Of a stretch of 64,000 nucleotides of DNA, positions 51,365 through 64,000 are shown one piece after another. This stretch comes from Camelus dromedarius (lineage: Eukaryota). Position 1 is the first letter of the stretch. Every line of letters begins with the position of its first letter. The position numbers and the translations under genes were made by a program. Below the pieces are notes generated by a model. That model saw only the letters and a program-made list of their open reading frames with translations. It ran no database searches and was not told where the DNA came from. The stretch lies in NCBI RefSeq assembly GCF_036321535.1, contig NC_087436.1:6014001-6078000 (forward strand). Direction: 5' to 3'.

Positions 51365-51462
51365 CACAGATCATTTTGCAATAGATACAAATATTGAATC
51401 ACTAGGCTGTGCACCTGAACCTAATATAATGTCATGTGTCAATTATACCTCAATTAAAAACA
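51365..51462 (+). mobile_element. L1 (L1MA-like) 3' tip
   Basis: 'gatcattttgcaatagatacaaatattgaatcactaggctgtgcacctgaacctaatataatgtcatgtgtcaattatacctcaattaaaaa'. Confidence 0.85.
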
Positions 51463-53004
51463 AAACTGATAGCGTGTTTGCAAAATGTTAATTTAAAACT
51501 AAGCATAAATGGATGTTTTTAATATAGTTATTCACTTTCGTCAAACCAATACCACATGTTTTATTTATTTATTTTTGTTATCTGTGGTATTTGTAGGCAA
51601 GAAAATTAGAATTTTTTTTTGCTTTTCTTCAGGGAGAGGTAATTAAGAATTCTTTTTAATGAAAAGAAAATATGAAAGAAAATCTTATAGTTGAGAAAAC
51701 TACCCATTTTTCCCGCTAATTAAACCACTGTTATTTGGTTTGAGCAGCTTTGATTACACCGTATTTTTCAGGTACATAGTTGGAAACTCACTAACCGAGT
51801 CAACTTTGCTGACTGACTGATTTTTCTGAAACTCCAATCTGATCAAGTGACTTTTCTGCTTTAAATCATCGGTTCTTAGACTCAATGAAGAAGAGTCTAA
51901 GCTGCCACGTGCAGCTCCCTAAACACCCTCCGAGGGTCCCTGCCATGTTGCTTTGTAAGGATCATTCCTTTCCGGGAAACACCCACCACCCCTTCTGCCC
52001 AAGGTGGCCACTGACCCTTTAAGCCCAGAAAGACCCCCCCACCAGCCCCTTGAGGTGGGGGTTTTCATGCATCCTTTGCAAATGCATCCAGTAGAGCATT
52101 TTTTCACGTATGTGGCAGTACAGCCTCTCTGAATGCCGACCAAACTCTAAGTCTGTCCCCAAATACACATGCACACCTTGGCCAGAAGTTACTCCTATCC
52201 AGGGAGCAACTGGGTCTCTCTGCTCACTGACCCAGAGAAGTTACATGGAATATCAGTCTTTTAACTTGGACCCTAAATATCTTCCTTTAGTTGCCTTTAA
52301 ACTAAAAATGATTAAGGGTGTGGTGCCATTTCCTTAAAATATGTCACTTGTTGTAGTAATAGCATGATTTGGTGTTGAGAACCTTGTTCTGACCATTGAG
52401 TCTTAAGAGAAACTGTAAATGAGCGTAATCTTAAATTAGCAACCCGAGACTCTCCTGTGGCAGATGGAGTGGGTGGAACCAAGGGCAGCATCACATGCAC
52501 TTTGTGACAGGAAGTCGCCTAAAAGTATTTGGGGTTATAAGCTTCCTGTTGCCGTTCTTTATTCACCCGCTGCTAACTTGTTCTCGCTGATGTCTTCGTA
52601 AAGCGCCACTATCAAATACCCACTGAGAGAGCTGGTGGGGAAGAGAGGGACCGGGGATGAGAGACGGAGAAGTGGAAGAACAGTGAGAGAGTCTAGGTTT
52701 TCTGAGGAAGAGGAGAAAACTTGAGTCGGGTTCCAGCAGGAACACAAAAGAGACAGACGTGTCGGCTTTCCTGGAGGGCGTGTCATGACAACCACTCAAA
52801 AAGAGCATATAACTAGTTAGAAAGTAAAACCGTAAGCTAGAATGACTTGATGTCTGAAAATAGGTATTTATATTTAATCTGATCAATGACAAGTGTCCAA
52901 CAGCCAAGTGCTCTGATAGCTTGGATCACTGCAGGGGCTGCACACCTGAGGCCATAGTTAAAATAGACCATCAAAGGTCTTGAAAGTGAAGAGTACACTT
53001 AAAA

Positions 53005-53197
53005 ATAGACAAATGACAAGGACCTACTGTAGAGCACAGGGAGCTATATTCAATTTCTTGTAATAACATATAACGGAAAAGAATCTGAAAAGAAAATAGA
53101 TCCACACATGTACATGTGTAACTGAATCGCTTTGCTGTACATCTGAAACTAACATTGTGAGTCAACTACACTTGAGTAAAAAATACAATAAAGTAAA
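53005..53197 (+). mobile_element. 5'-truncated L1 3' end with 16-bp TSD
   Basis: L1 3' UTR flanked by aagagtacacttaaaa (52989-53004) and aagaatacatttaaaa (53198-53213). Confidence 0.9.
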
Positions 53198-54945
53198 AAG
53201 AATACATTTAAAACAGCTGAGTGATCCGATCATGAGTTAACAGGGGCTTGAAGGAAGTAATATAAGAGAAACGTATGGGAAAAAAAGTACACAAGAAAAA
53301 GTTACAGGATGGATTATTTGAGAACAAAGACTTTGATGGTTAAGAGGCGAAAATTGATTTGGGAAATCCCAGTGAGAATTGTATTATAACAACACGAATC
53401 AAGCCAAAGGAGAGGGCCAAGAGGGGGACTCTGAGAGATTTATCTTTATGATGCTGAACTTCAGAATTTTTCTTCTAGATGATGTAAGCAGCCGTATGGA
53501 GGATGAGCTCCATCAAGGGTGCGTGAGAATGAATAAACAAATTTAATTCATAGCTTCACCCTTTATAGGAATGTCTTAAGTATTTACTTTCCCAGGGATA
53601 AACCACTATTTCCACTTGGGGGAAAGGTATGTCTCTAAAGTACATATTCTAACTCTAAGAGCCCATCCATAGTTAGCCAAACCCCAGAAAATTGAACAAT
53701 TTGAAACAGCAGACAAACCAGCAGTGGAGAGTCTTCTGCAGGTGGTTAAATATCTCCTGACTGCTGCAGAAAGTTCCATCACTCTTGACACGCTGGTGCA
53801 GGGTAAGTCGAGCTGGGTCGATGCGGATGCTTGATTTAACAAAAAACCAGTTCTCTTTTTTCCTGCCTGTGACATATAGAACTACCTGAAGAGGGGGCTT
53901 ACCCAGTGTCAGAGGCGTCTCTGTTCCGTCTTGACTTGGTGGGCTGCTAGCCCACAGCGTCCCATTTGGAACCCGGCCGCTGCAGCGGGGCGGGGGTGGT
54001 AGACAGGCTGAAACCTGCAGGGTTTTTAAATGCCAGATTGGAAGGATTCTTCTTCCAGAAACCCTAAGGGAGTCATTACCTTGACAGATAATAGGTGACT
54101 ATCAGGTTTCATTCTTCAGATAGCTTTGCTTGTCAACCCCAATCTATGAAATACTGACTTGGGAGTGTGGGAGGTGTGTTAAAATGGAAAACTATGCCGT
54201 CCACTTTCCCCGGGCTCCATCCTCCATCGCAGAGCCTCAGAAAGCCCCTGGCACAGTTCACTGGGAGGATGACCCAGGTGGCTGCACGGCCGATTTGTTG
54301 GGTTTACTTCTGAGTGGTCTGGGTGAATAACACCAGCAATAACAAACACCCATAACCACCTGAACAACGCTCGTATCTCTGACCGTCTGACCTTGTGTTC
54401 AGTTCAGAACCGCCATACAGCTGATGGATTTGTTTTTTCTGCCAACATTTTCTCCCTTCTTCTTGCAAAGGATAGTAGGCAAACCCAATCCAGGGTCCCC
54501 CAGAATAATTACGCACTCCACAAAACACAGACTGCTCCTTCTCAGCAGTCCTGAGTGTTTGCCACAAGAATAACCCTGGCTTGGAAATATTTTTCATGCT
54601 GTGTAGCTGACAGGCTAAAGGATCTTGTAAATATCTGGCCTAGATCCCCCAGCTCTCAACCATGAGGCACTTGGCCCTGTGCCTCTGTAGGCACCTGAAC
54701 ACTGAGCTTTTCTCTCTAAAAGCATTTATGGATTAGTCACCATTGAAGACTTAGCTTAATTCTTTTCTTTTTCTCTCTAAACAGCTCTACCAATTTATTC
54801 TTCACGGGGCAACATCTCTAGCATTTACAGGGACCCCCTTGGATGCTAGATCAATACCAGGCTTTTATGGGGAAACTTCAATAAGCAAAGCACAGGCAAA
54901 GCTTCCTCCTTCAAGCCTGTCTCAAAGGTAAAGCAGCGGTTGGGG

Positions 54946-55541
54946 TGTTGTCAGTGATTAGGTTCTTGTCTCATCACAGAAAGAATTCCGAGACAAGACA
55001 CAGAGATTAAGAAAGCAAAGCAAGGACTTATTACCTGACAGTGCTCTCTCAAGGGGAGAGCGGGCAGACTCAGGTGAGCAGCTGCCCTCAGTTTCATTGA
55101 CAGGCTGATTATATGGGATGTAAAAATGAATAGGCAGAATATTCACTGGGAAGGGAGGGGTTTGAGGTCATATTCCCTGATTTCCATCCCAACTCCACCT
55201 TCCTGAAGGGAGGAGGGATTTTGTCCTTATTTAGTCTGGAAGAGCAGTGTCACGGCATCAGTGCATGATGGGGACTTCTAATCTGCAAGGCTAATTTTAT
55301 TGAAATGAGGGCATAATGAGCCAAAGGTTATATTCAGACACTGGAGGTTCCTTCCTTTTCCCATCTTTCTTTGTCAGCCTCTGGGGCACTTGTCACCCCA
55401 AAATGTGTGATCGCTTATCAGTCCAGAGGTTCCCGCTTTTCTCTGTCTGCCCGAGGACCCCTGTTCACAAGATGTGTGGTCTCCATTTGGCCTCTGTACC
55501 CTTTTTCTCTGCTCATATCCAGGTCTCCACCCACTCTAATG
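54946..55541 (-). mobile_element. ERV solo LTR
   Basis: Starts with TGTTG. 'agaaagaattccgagacaagacacagag...ttatt...ctctcaaggggagagcgggcagactc' is typical antisense U5/R. TATA-like element on the minus strand. The right boundary is approximate. Confidence 0.8.
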
Positions 55542-56084
55542 GGCATGGCTGTGAGGCTGCAGTGTTTCCCCATGAGGCCATCACACGTGGGAGACCCCCT
55601 CAGCCCTGAATTACAGTTGGAACAGGAAATGCCCACCCACTTCTCTCCTGGAGCTGAGATTTATAAACACCCACACATGGCCAGATGAGCTTTGTTCGAT
55701 GAATTTGGGTTTCAAACATTCCCACACAGTGCTTGCTTTAAAAAAGGAACAAGATCCACCGACAAGAGCCACTGACAGCATAGGCAGGCTCAGGAACTCC
55801 TGAAAAGATTCACATTTGTGAAAATATGAACCAGGTTTGAGCTTTTCAAAAAGAAAAAGTTAGGAGAATCTTAATGAATGCTTCACCTACACCTTGTGAA
55901 TGACATCTGCCTGAAGCAGGTCAGTGATGCTGTTGTCCCTTTAAAACAAAGCAGTGACTTCCTAGTTTTTGGTTTTGGCCTTTTCTTCCAGGCAATGATG
56001 ACCGACCAGCGCTGTACAAGTGCTACTGCCTTGCTCACCTCCATCTTGGTACAGAATCCCCTTTTATCCTGATATGCTCAGCTC

Positions 56085-56175
56085 TGGTGTACATCGGGCA
56101 GCTTGCCTGTTGCACAAGGCTACTTGGCTGAGAGAGAGAGCAGGAGACTGAAATCCAGTGTCTGCTCCGTATGGT
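56085..56175. mobile_element. MER91-like hAT fragment
   Basis: 'tgcacaaggctacttggctgagag...gactgaaatccagtgtctgctccg'. Confidence 0.5.
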
Positions 56176-57424
56176 GCAGCTGGATTCGCCTTTCCTGCAT
56201 CATAAACTGGGGCTCCATAGGTTAGCCGCTACCCCAAATCTAAATCAAATTTTGCAAACTGAAATGGCTGTGGGTCCAGGCAAGTAAACAGAAGCCAACA
56301 TGTGGGCGGAGGAAGGAGATCATTGCAGGAAGAGCATCCAGAGGAGCCAGCCCTCCTCCGCTCCAGCCAGTTGGTCCCATGTGGGGCAGATGCCTGAGCT
56401 CAGACAGAGCTTCTGATTTTTTTTTTTCTTAGAAAAATTAGCAATCGAGATTATTCTGTTGCATGGAGCAACAAAAACATTTTTAGAAGTGGCCTCACAA
56501 AGACACATCTGAAGGTCAGTGCTGACCTGTGGGTCACAGATGGGCAAACCGAGCTGGAGTCAGAGATACAGTTGGGTACCCGCTGTCTGAGAGTGAAGGG
56601 ACTAAAGGCACATAGGGATGGAGTTCACATTCTCACCTGCCTCCAAGTTCACCGTGCTTTAAGCGACTCTGAACCCTACACGTGTGATGGAGGCCAGATC
56701 AGTCTTCAACACAGGAAAGGCATTTAGGGCTTTGTGGCTCATCTCTTCTGAGCCTCAGCGGGAAAAACAAACTGCATGGGTCTCCTTCCATCGACCATGC
56801 TTTACAAATGTGCAGGGAAGCTACAGCCATTTTGACAAAACGCCAGGACTCATTCACTTTACCTGTAAGTCGGTCAGTCGACCAATGAGGCTCAGAGACG
56901 GGGCATCTTTACCTGGAGCTGCACAGCCCTGGGCCTGGCATGTGTGGATGGGAGACACTCATATTTGACAAAATACATACTTTTTTAAATTTTGAAAAGC
57001 ATCATTTTCCAACAAGCCTTGAAGATCATTAACAGGAGGGGAAAGCTCTCAAAACCCATCATTTTATAGGGTTCACTAACGCAAAATGGTTCCCAAAGAA
57101 CTCTTCATTAAAGAAGTTATGTTTTCCTCTCAAGCTGAAACAGAGTTCCTGAGGCAGCAAACACAAGCCTATAGAAGCAAAAGGAAGAATGTTTGTATTT
57201 TCTACTTTTGAGCTCTTAATTTTCTCAAAAAAAATAAATCCCTGAATGATGAAGTGTTAACGTTGTTGAGTTGCTGTAACAGAACGGAGCGTCGTGTGTG
57301 AATTCACGGAGGTAACTGGGTTAGACGTGAGGAAATGTCTCTCCAGGATCAGGCGGATAAAAAAATTAAACCATGACAGACCCTCCCTTCAGCTAATATA
57401 TCTTTTAAACTTTGAATTACATTT

Positions 57425-57560
57425 TAAAAAAAAATTTTAGGGGGGAGGTAATTAGGTTTATGTACTTATTTTTAGAGGAGGTGCTAGGACTGAACCCAGG
57501 ACCTCGTGCCTGCTAAGTGTAAGTTCTACCACTGAGCTATGTGCTCCACACCCCCCACCC
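57425..57560 (-). mobile_element. Camelid-type tRNA SINE with TSD
   Basis: Antisense SINE body flanked by aattacattt at 57415-57424 and 57561-57570. Confidence 0.92.
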
Positions 57561-57811
57561 AATTACATTTAAAATATGACAAAAATAAAGGATTTAAATT
57601 TATTAAAAAATATTAAACTCTCCAAAGTCCTCCCTGTAATTTTGATTGTGTGTGCACCAGCCGTTGAGGAGCATAAACTCAAATTAGAAGTACCACTTGG
57701 CCTGTCTGACTTCCAGCATGGTTCTCATGATGAGATGGGGAGCTGTGGAACTCCGTGGTCTGTGTGAGTACACCTGACGTTAGCAAACTGCACTCAACGG
57801 TGACCGGGGGG

Positions 57812-57965
57812 AGAGGGGACAGGGTGCAGCTCGGTGGCAGAGCACATGCTTAGCATGCATAAAGTCCTGGGTTCAATCCCTGGTACCTCCTCTAAAAATA
57901 AATACATAAACCTAATTATCCATCCACCCCCCCAAAAAAGCCAAACAAGCAAAAAGAATTTTTAA
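57812..57965 (+). mobile_element. Camelid-type tRNA SINE
   Basis: 'agggtgcagctcggtggcagagcacatgcttagcatgcataaagtcctgggttcaatccctggtacctcc'. Confidence 0.92.
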
Positions 57966-59614
57966 AAACTGACTCAGTGCTTGAGATGGGAACAGACATT
58001 GGAACAGGAACTAGTTTTAGCAAATTTCCCTCCCGCCTTCCCCTCCTCCCTTCCTTCCTTCTTCCCTCCCTTTTTCTATGAGATGCATTCCTTGAAGTTG
58101 CTTTCTGCTTTATTTGAACTCTGCAGTGGAAAATCAACTGATCTCCGCACAGTCAATAAGCTACCCGGCCCCTCATGGACAGAATAGAATTGGCACAATT
58201 ACACATATACTTGTAGGCAAGAGTGAGCAACCGAAAAAAAAAAAAATTCAGTTGTCTTCTAGTTAGTATATGACAATTTAGCGAGTGGCCTTTCCCGTTC
58301 CAGACCTGGTAGCCGCCATCAAGACCAGCACACACTCTAGCATCTGTTCCTCTCTCGTACTCAGTAGCTCACATAATTATATAGTTTACATGCATTCTGT
58401 GAATTTCAGGTCATTATTTGTCCACTTCAAAATGGCTGTTTCCCAAAAGCCCATGGGAGGGAGGAGTAAATATAATACAATCTCAAACCTTCTATGTTCA
58501 GAGATTTCTGAATAAATATTTGTGCATTTCTTAATTTAACAGTAATGACCGTCGTGGTGGGGGAGAGTGATTATGAAAATGACATCTTCACAAAATCATT
58601 TTCACTCCAGCGGACTATGAATGAAATCCTGTTACTGATTCTCATTTCGGAATATGAAGCTTGATGTGCAGCTAGGGTGAACCAGGAATGCTTTGTAAAT
58701 GAACAATAAAAAATAAAAGTGTCTCTTATTGTAGTAATGAGGAAACAATCACATCTCCCTGAACAATAATGCATTGCTGATTATTTCCTGTGTGTTTAGC
58801 CACTCAAACTTATTTCTAGTGCATGTAATATAAATGCATCTGTCATCCTATGCTATTAAATTGTATTTTAAGAAGTTATTAAAAGTGCTACTTCAAATGT
58901 CTGAGAAGGAAGGGAATAAGAGAAAGAGGAGAAAAATGGAAATGGGAAGTGAGAATTGGCCAACAGGAAGAGAGGAAAGGTCAAAGGGAAGGTGTGTCAC
59001 ATCCTGGTCCTCACCTAGGCATGGCCTGTCAAAAATGGGGAAGGACCCACCAGATGCTAAAACAAGCCATTTGGCCTGGCCCACCAAGAATACTGTAGTG
59101 ATTGGTGGACCTGAGGACAAGCCACAGGCATTGAAAATCCCCATGAATTAAAGCAGAAGTATGTCCTTAGGTTGGACACGGTGATGGGGACTCCAGGCAC
59201 CGGGGACTTGGGGATTCTAAGAAGCAAGTCCTTGCAATCAGAGATGCTTGTCCCCAGTGGTCCAGCTAGAGTTCAGTAACAGGATCCTGGTCCCTAGGAT
59301 GGGACTGGAAAGCAAGCCAGGTTCTAGAGTCCTAGAGGCCAGAAGTAACAGGCATGTCACCAAAACAGGTCACCAAAATGTTACCAAAAAATTCAGTGTC
59401 ATACTGATACACGAGAGAGTTTCATTATTGAGATAAACTTGATTATAAAGTATGAAACGTGTATTTATATCAGCTTGCTCTCAAAGTATTATTGAATTGG
59501 TCATAAAGAGTAAGGACAACTATTTTAACCCATAAGGACAAGAATGAGAGAGGGGCCAACAGTCGCTGGTAGATATCAGCAGATTCTGGAGAGACTGAAA
59601 CTGCATAATAAACC

Positions 59615-59855
59615 CAAGCGTTTATGGAGCGCCTGTGATGTGCCCGGCGCTTTCGTAAATGCCTTCGTTGTTGTAATAGCCCCAGTGATGTGATGTGATT
59701 GATGCTATTACTGCCCACGATTTACAGTTCAGGAAAGCCCTGAAAGGTGGGAGAGTTTACCCAGGATTGTCTATACCCTGCATAAGCGACAGATTCAGGG
59801 TTTGACCCAAGGCAATTTCTCTCCAGAGCCCGGATACCTGAACGCTCTCTGCTTT
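59615..59855 (-). mobile_element. MIR
   Basis: 'gtttatggagcgcctgtgatgtgcccggcgc...attactgcccacgatttacagttcaggaaa...cagggtttgacccaaggc...ctccagagccc'. Confidence 0.8.
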
Positions 59856-61109
59856 GTTGCTCTGAGTGGTAAGCGACTTAGAAGAATATAGAATGCTCTT
59901 CCCTATTTGCCTGCCTGGGAAGAAAACTGCAGGCACTAATATGCTTGGAGCCACAGAATCTCAGAAAGATTCAGAACTTAGAGCCATGCATGTTAGGAAG
60001 GGGTGAAGATGGGAGTCTGTAGAGGTGGGGAGTAAGCTGGAGGCTCAAGGGTTGGTTAAGATGGTTGCCCTCTCCATGCAGACAGACCTAGAAGCACAGC
60101 CCAAGGTGCCATGCCAAAAATCTAGGGATTAAGGGAGTCTACAAACTGAGTGACCAGCTCTCCAGCCTCCTCCGCTCTCTGGCTTGCAGTATGCAACCAC
60201 CAGGCAGAAGACTTGGCAGAGAGGTTGAGATGATCCAGAGCAAAGGCATGGGTACCCGCCATAGGAAGCGGGTCACCCTCTGGTACGACATCACGGTCTG
60301 AGCTCACTCATGCACCCAGAGCTTCCTTTACTCTTCAGTATGAATGTGCAACCCATGGAGAACCAAGAAAACTTAGTGACATTACAGATCGAAACCAACA
60401 AAAATAAATAAATAAATACAAGAAAAAGGAACAATCTCAGAGCAAAGAGATGCAATGCGAGGTGAGGAGCAGATGAAATTTTGAGAAAACCTACAATGAA
60501 TATTCTCAGAAACATTAGAGAAAAAATACTGTTTTTGTGACACAAGAACCCAAGAATAGACTGAGTTCTAAGCAGGAAATGGCTCAGCCGGGAAGAGCGG
60601 CAGGCTTTGGAGAGAGGAGGTGAGTGGGGCACGTGAGAAACATTTAGAGAAGAGGGCAGGGGCCACGAATGACCGTCAGTCAGCAGTGGGAGAACCTCTA
60701 CTCCAAAGGCTGCTATCTTTTGTGAGAATATTCATTTTCCATCGTTTACTGCAAAAGGAAGTAAAACCCATAGGTATTTTTCCTAATTCTTTTTTTGCAA
60801 GAACAAGAGGAGGGAAGTGCTAATTATCACTGAGAAACAGAAATGTAATGTGTAAGACAGAGCTGGAAGTCATCATTCCAGCAACAGGACTCACATCACA
60901 GCTCTACCTTGGGCACGTTGCTTTCATTCTGAATTCCAGTGCCCTTACTGACATGGGGAGAATATTGCACAACACATGCATACGGTAGATGGTATGAAGT
61001 TATAGGAAAACACAAAATATCTCACGTATTCCAGAGGCAGAAGACAGATGATCTCTCTTCCCTGAACAGCCCATAGAGCATCCAAGCAAGAATATGACGA
61101 ATTGTCCAC

Positions 61110-62150
61110 TTCCTCCTTCACTCAAATGCATTCGTGGACTCCACACACATTAGCCAGTGCCTGTCAAGTGCCAGGCACTCTTCTAGGTGCTGAGGACACA
61201 GTGATCAGTCAGAAGCCTGCCTTTGTGGAGTTTCCCTTCTCCTGGAGGGTGACAGTCAGTCCATCAGTTAGGAAGACACATGGTATGTCAAACCCTGATC
61301 AATGCTTTGGATTGAAATAAAGTAGGGAGAGGGCGAGGGAGGGCAGGGTAAGATGGAAGGCCTCGCAGAGAGGGTGACCTTTAAGTGAAAGCTTGAAGGG
61401 AGAAGGATGTAAACATCCATCATGGAAAAGAAACTTTCAGGCAGAAGAAAAAGTGAATTCAAATGCCCCGGGGTGAGGTTTTTGTCTCACTTGTCAAAGG
61501 ACAGTGGAGGCCAGTAAAACAAGAGGCGAGCAAGAACAAACCAGGGTGAACAGTAAGAGATACAGTCGGAAGCAAAGGGCAGAGGGGCAGTGCTTATGAG
61601 AAGACTGTAAGAACATTGCTTCCATTTTGCAGGAGACAAGACGCCAAAGGAGGATTTTGAGCAGAGGGACCACTGTCTGAATTATCTGTTACAGCATCAC
61701 TCTGGGACTATGGAGGAGTCCTGAGGTGAAGCAGGGAAACCAGTGAAAGCTGGGCCCTGGGTGGGTTTTACAGGGGAGACAGCATACATACACATGATGT
61801 ATGAGACAAAGGCAATAGTGGAAGGTAGCATCAAGGGTTCTGGCCTGAGAAAGTGGAGGAAAAAGTTGCTGTCGAGTGAGACTGGCGAGACTGCGGTCAG
61901 ACAGGCTTGGAAGAGGAGGTGAGATCAGGAGTAATATTGAGACATGTTAGGTTTGACTTGCTAATTAGAAGTCGAAGTCGAGACATAAAGTAGGCAACTG
62001 GGTGTATAGGTCTTGAGTTCAAAGGAGGTATCAACTGGGTGTTGTCAGCACGTACGTGGAATTTACAGGCGTGAGACTGGGCGAGGCCCCGAGGGGAACA
62101 GGTGTGGGGGCGGCAGGAGGAGAGCTGAGAACTGAGCCTGGGAATCTGCC
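61110..62150 (-). mobile_element. L2 LINE 3' ~1 kb
   Basis: 'gtgccaggcactcttctaggtgctgaggacacagtg...ggaggattttgagcagagg...gtaggcaactgggtgtataggtcttgagttcaaagg'. Confidence 0.88.
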
Positions 62151-62154
62151 CTGC

Positions 62155-63020
62155 TGTGATGTCTAATCAATGGAGAGATACTCACTGAGAGACAATATTA
62201 AGGAAACCTGAGCCCATAAATAAGCAGAGAAAACCTAGCTGCACGCCGGGATGACATATCTGTCTATGCTGAGCGAGCAGTTAATATTCTCAAATGAGTG
62301 AATACACCAGCCGGCGGAGAGGAAACAGGGACGTGCAGAATCAGCTTGAGACAGAGATGCAATTTGCCTGATGGTTTCCCAGTTCCTCTGTGACCAGCTG
62401 TGTTTTACGCCCTGCGCTTGTACATTTCTTCTGTATCCTTTCGCTAAAATCTCTTATTTCCTGAGTTAGTTTGAGTGGACGTCTCCTCCTTATAGATAAA
62501 GCACCTCTTGACAACCAATTGCTTTGCTCGCTGTGCCTAGAAACCTTCCTAGCTTAAATGGTCCCACCTCAAACTCCCAGAAAGGTCGAAGCCTAATTGC
62601 AAGCAGCCTCAATCGGCAAGCAGGCTGCAGCTGGACAGCCAGCCCAGGGGAAATCGTGGAGTTTAGGCCAAACATTCTGGCTCTAGAAAATGTAAATTAA
62701 GGTTAAGAAATATAAATTTAAGGGTCACCATTCCTGTGACCTACAAAGTCATGTGGAGCTGGGGTGGCAATAAATCAAAACAAGCCAGAGGCATGGGCGG
62801 TCATCAGTTCTGGGGAGCAGAGAAGCCTTTCATAAGCACAGAAATTGAGTAAGCAGAGAGAAATTAAGAAAGTGGTGCAGATGACAGAGGGGAGAACGCT
62901 TCCAACCTCAGTCTACCGAGCTGCAAAGGAACACACGTTGACGCAGCCTCCAGCCCCAGCCTCAGAGGGCTGACTCTGTGTTCTGTCCTTGGACACCCAC
63001 AACACACTTTGTTCGTTACA
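62155..63020. mobile_element. Ancient ERVL-type LTR remnants (family uncertain)
   Basis: 'cctgagttagtttgagtggacgtctc' and similar motifs resemble the 3' ends of old ERVL/MaLR LTRs. Confidence 0.4.
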
Positions 63021-63167
63021 TCTTTGTAGATGATGCTTTCAATGACAGCCTTGACTAGGCTGAGGATCCCAGCAAGAATCTTCATGAGCCTCCATGTAAA
63101 GGATGGATTATTTTTTTTCCTTGCAGGATGAATTTTTTGCATTTGGAGAGGGAAGGGCAGGACTGAC

Positions 63168-63390
63168 AATAATAATTAAAGTTATTGTCTCCTGAGTGCC
63201 TTCGCTGTGTGTCAAGTCTTCATTAACACTCTCATTTCGTCCCCATCCCGGCGCTGTGGGATATTAGCCCTGTGGAATACGTCTTCATTTCACAGGTGAG
63301 AACTGCAGACATTTCCTACATCCCCAGGTCAGACAGGCCATAACTGGGCCAACCCAGGAGCACACTGGGCCTGCCATGCTGCAAAGTTCT
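63168..63390 (-). mobile_element. MIR
   Basis: 'ctgagtgccttcgctgtgtgtcaag...ctcatttcgtcccc...cttcatttcacaggtgagaactg'. Confidence 0.65.
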
Positions 63391-63759
63391 CTCCAACATT
63401 CTGCTGTAATGCTTCTAAGTTGAGAAAATAACAACAATTAAAAAAAAATCAGAATCAGAAATTCACGATGCTTGTGGGATAACCAGTGAGATAGCCGGCT
63501 TACTCATAAGGGTGGCTATTCCTGTGTGTGAAGCAATGAAAAGCAAGGAGGGCTATGAGGATGCCAGGCTCAGTCAGCCCCCAGTGGCCAGGAAAGCGTA
63601 GCAGGCGAGTTTCTGCTTCATCCCACACACCATTTTGCAGAGCTAGCTCCAGTTATTAAGTGAAAAGATAATTGATAACATTAAAGCAAATACACTTAAC
63701 ATCACCATTTAATGTCTAATGTTGCCTTAAATAACCATCGAGGATCTTGATTTTTCTGA

Positions 63760-64000
63760 TCAAATATGTACCTGCTTCTGGCGTGGCTCCCCATTCTCGC
63801 CACCTGGGTTCTCAATGCCCAAGCCTAGGAGTTACACGTGATGCCCCCTCCTCCCTGCACCCCCGCATCCATGCCAGAACAAATTCCTGTCAACTGGACT
63901 TCCAAATAATTTAGAGTCTCACGATTTCTCTCCCAACTGCGACCACGCTGTCCAAGCCAAGATGGCCATTCTCTTAGATCAACCCTTAGCTTCTTGGGTG
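63760..64000 (+). mobile_element. L2 fragment running off the window end
   Basis: 'gcccaagcctaggagttac...caaattcctgtcaactggacttccaaataatttagagtctcacgatttctctccc...ccacgctgtccaagcca'. Confidence 0.75.

Noticed and set aside
1..64000. Prokaryote-style systems (CRISPR arrays, operons, defence loci) or an intact provirus
   Set aside because: The sequence is mammalian and CpG-depleted, with no repeat-spacer arrays, no gene-dense ORFs and no gag/pol/env sequence between the LTRs.

Overview
Mammalian genomic DNA, most likely camelid (alpaca/llama/camel). This is inferred from six copies of a tRNA-derived SINE (GGGGAGGGTATAGCTCAGTGGTAGAG...GGTTCAATCCCC, resembling the camelid vic-1 type) and cetartiodactyl-type L1 3' UTRs. 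I cannot support any intact protein-coding gene. The ORF track consists of chance ORFs, simple-repeat translations and L1 ORF2p remnants. The window reads as intergenic or deep-intronic sequence dominated by L1, L2, MIR, MaLR/ERV solo LTRs, hAT MITEs and microsatellites. One small CpG island (~3.3-3.5 kb) carries a 4x19-bp GC-box/EGR-site tandem repeat. Several repeat-free stretches look like enhancers, including an RFX X-box cluster at ~44.4-44.7 kb. The most unusual structures are retrotransposition products: a TSD-flanked chimera of inverted L1 plus non-L1 polyadenylated sequence (50.3-50.76 kb), an orphan polyadenylated insert inside an old L1 (33.3-33.6 kb), and a twin-primed L1 nested in an older L1 (11.5-12.9 kb). 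I found no evidence of a new multi-gene system. Repeat family names and boundaries come from recalled consensus sequences and are approximate.
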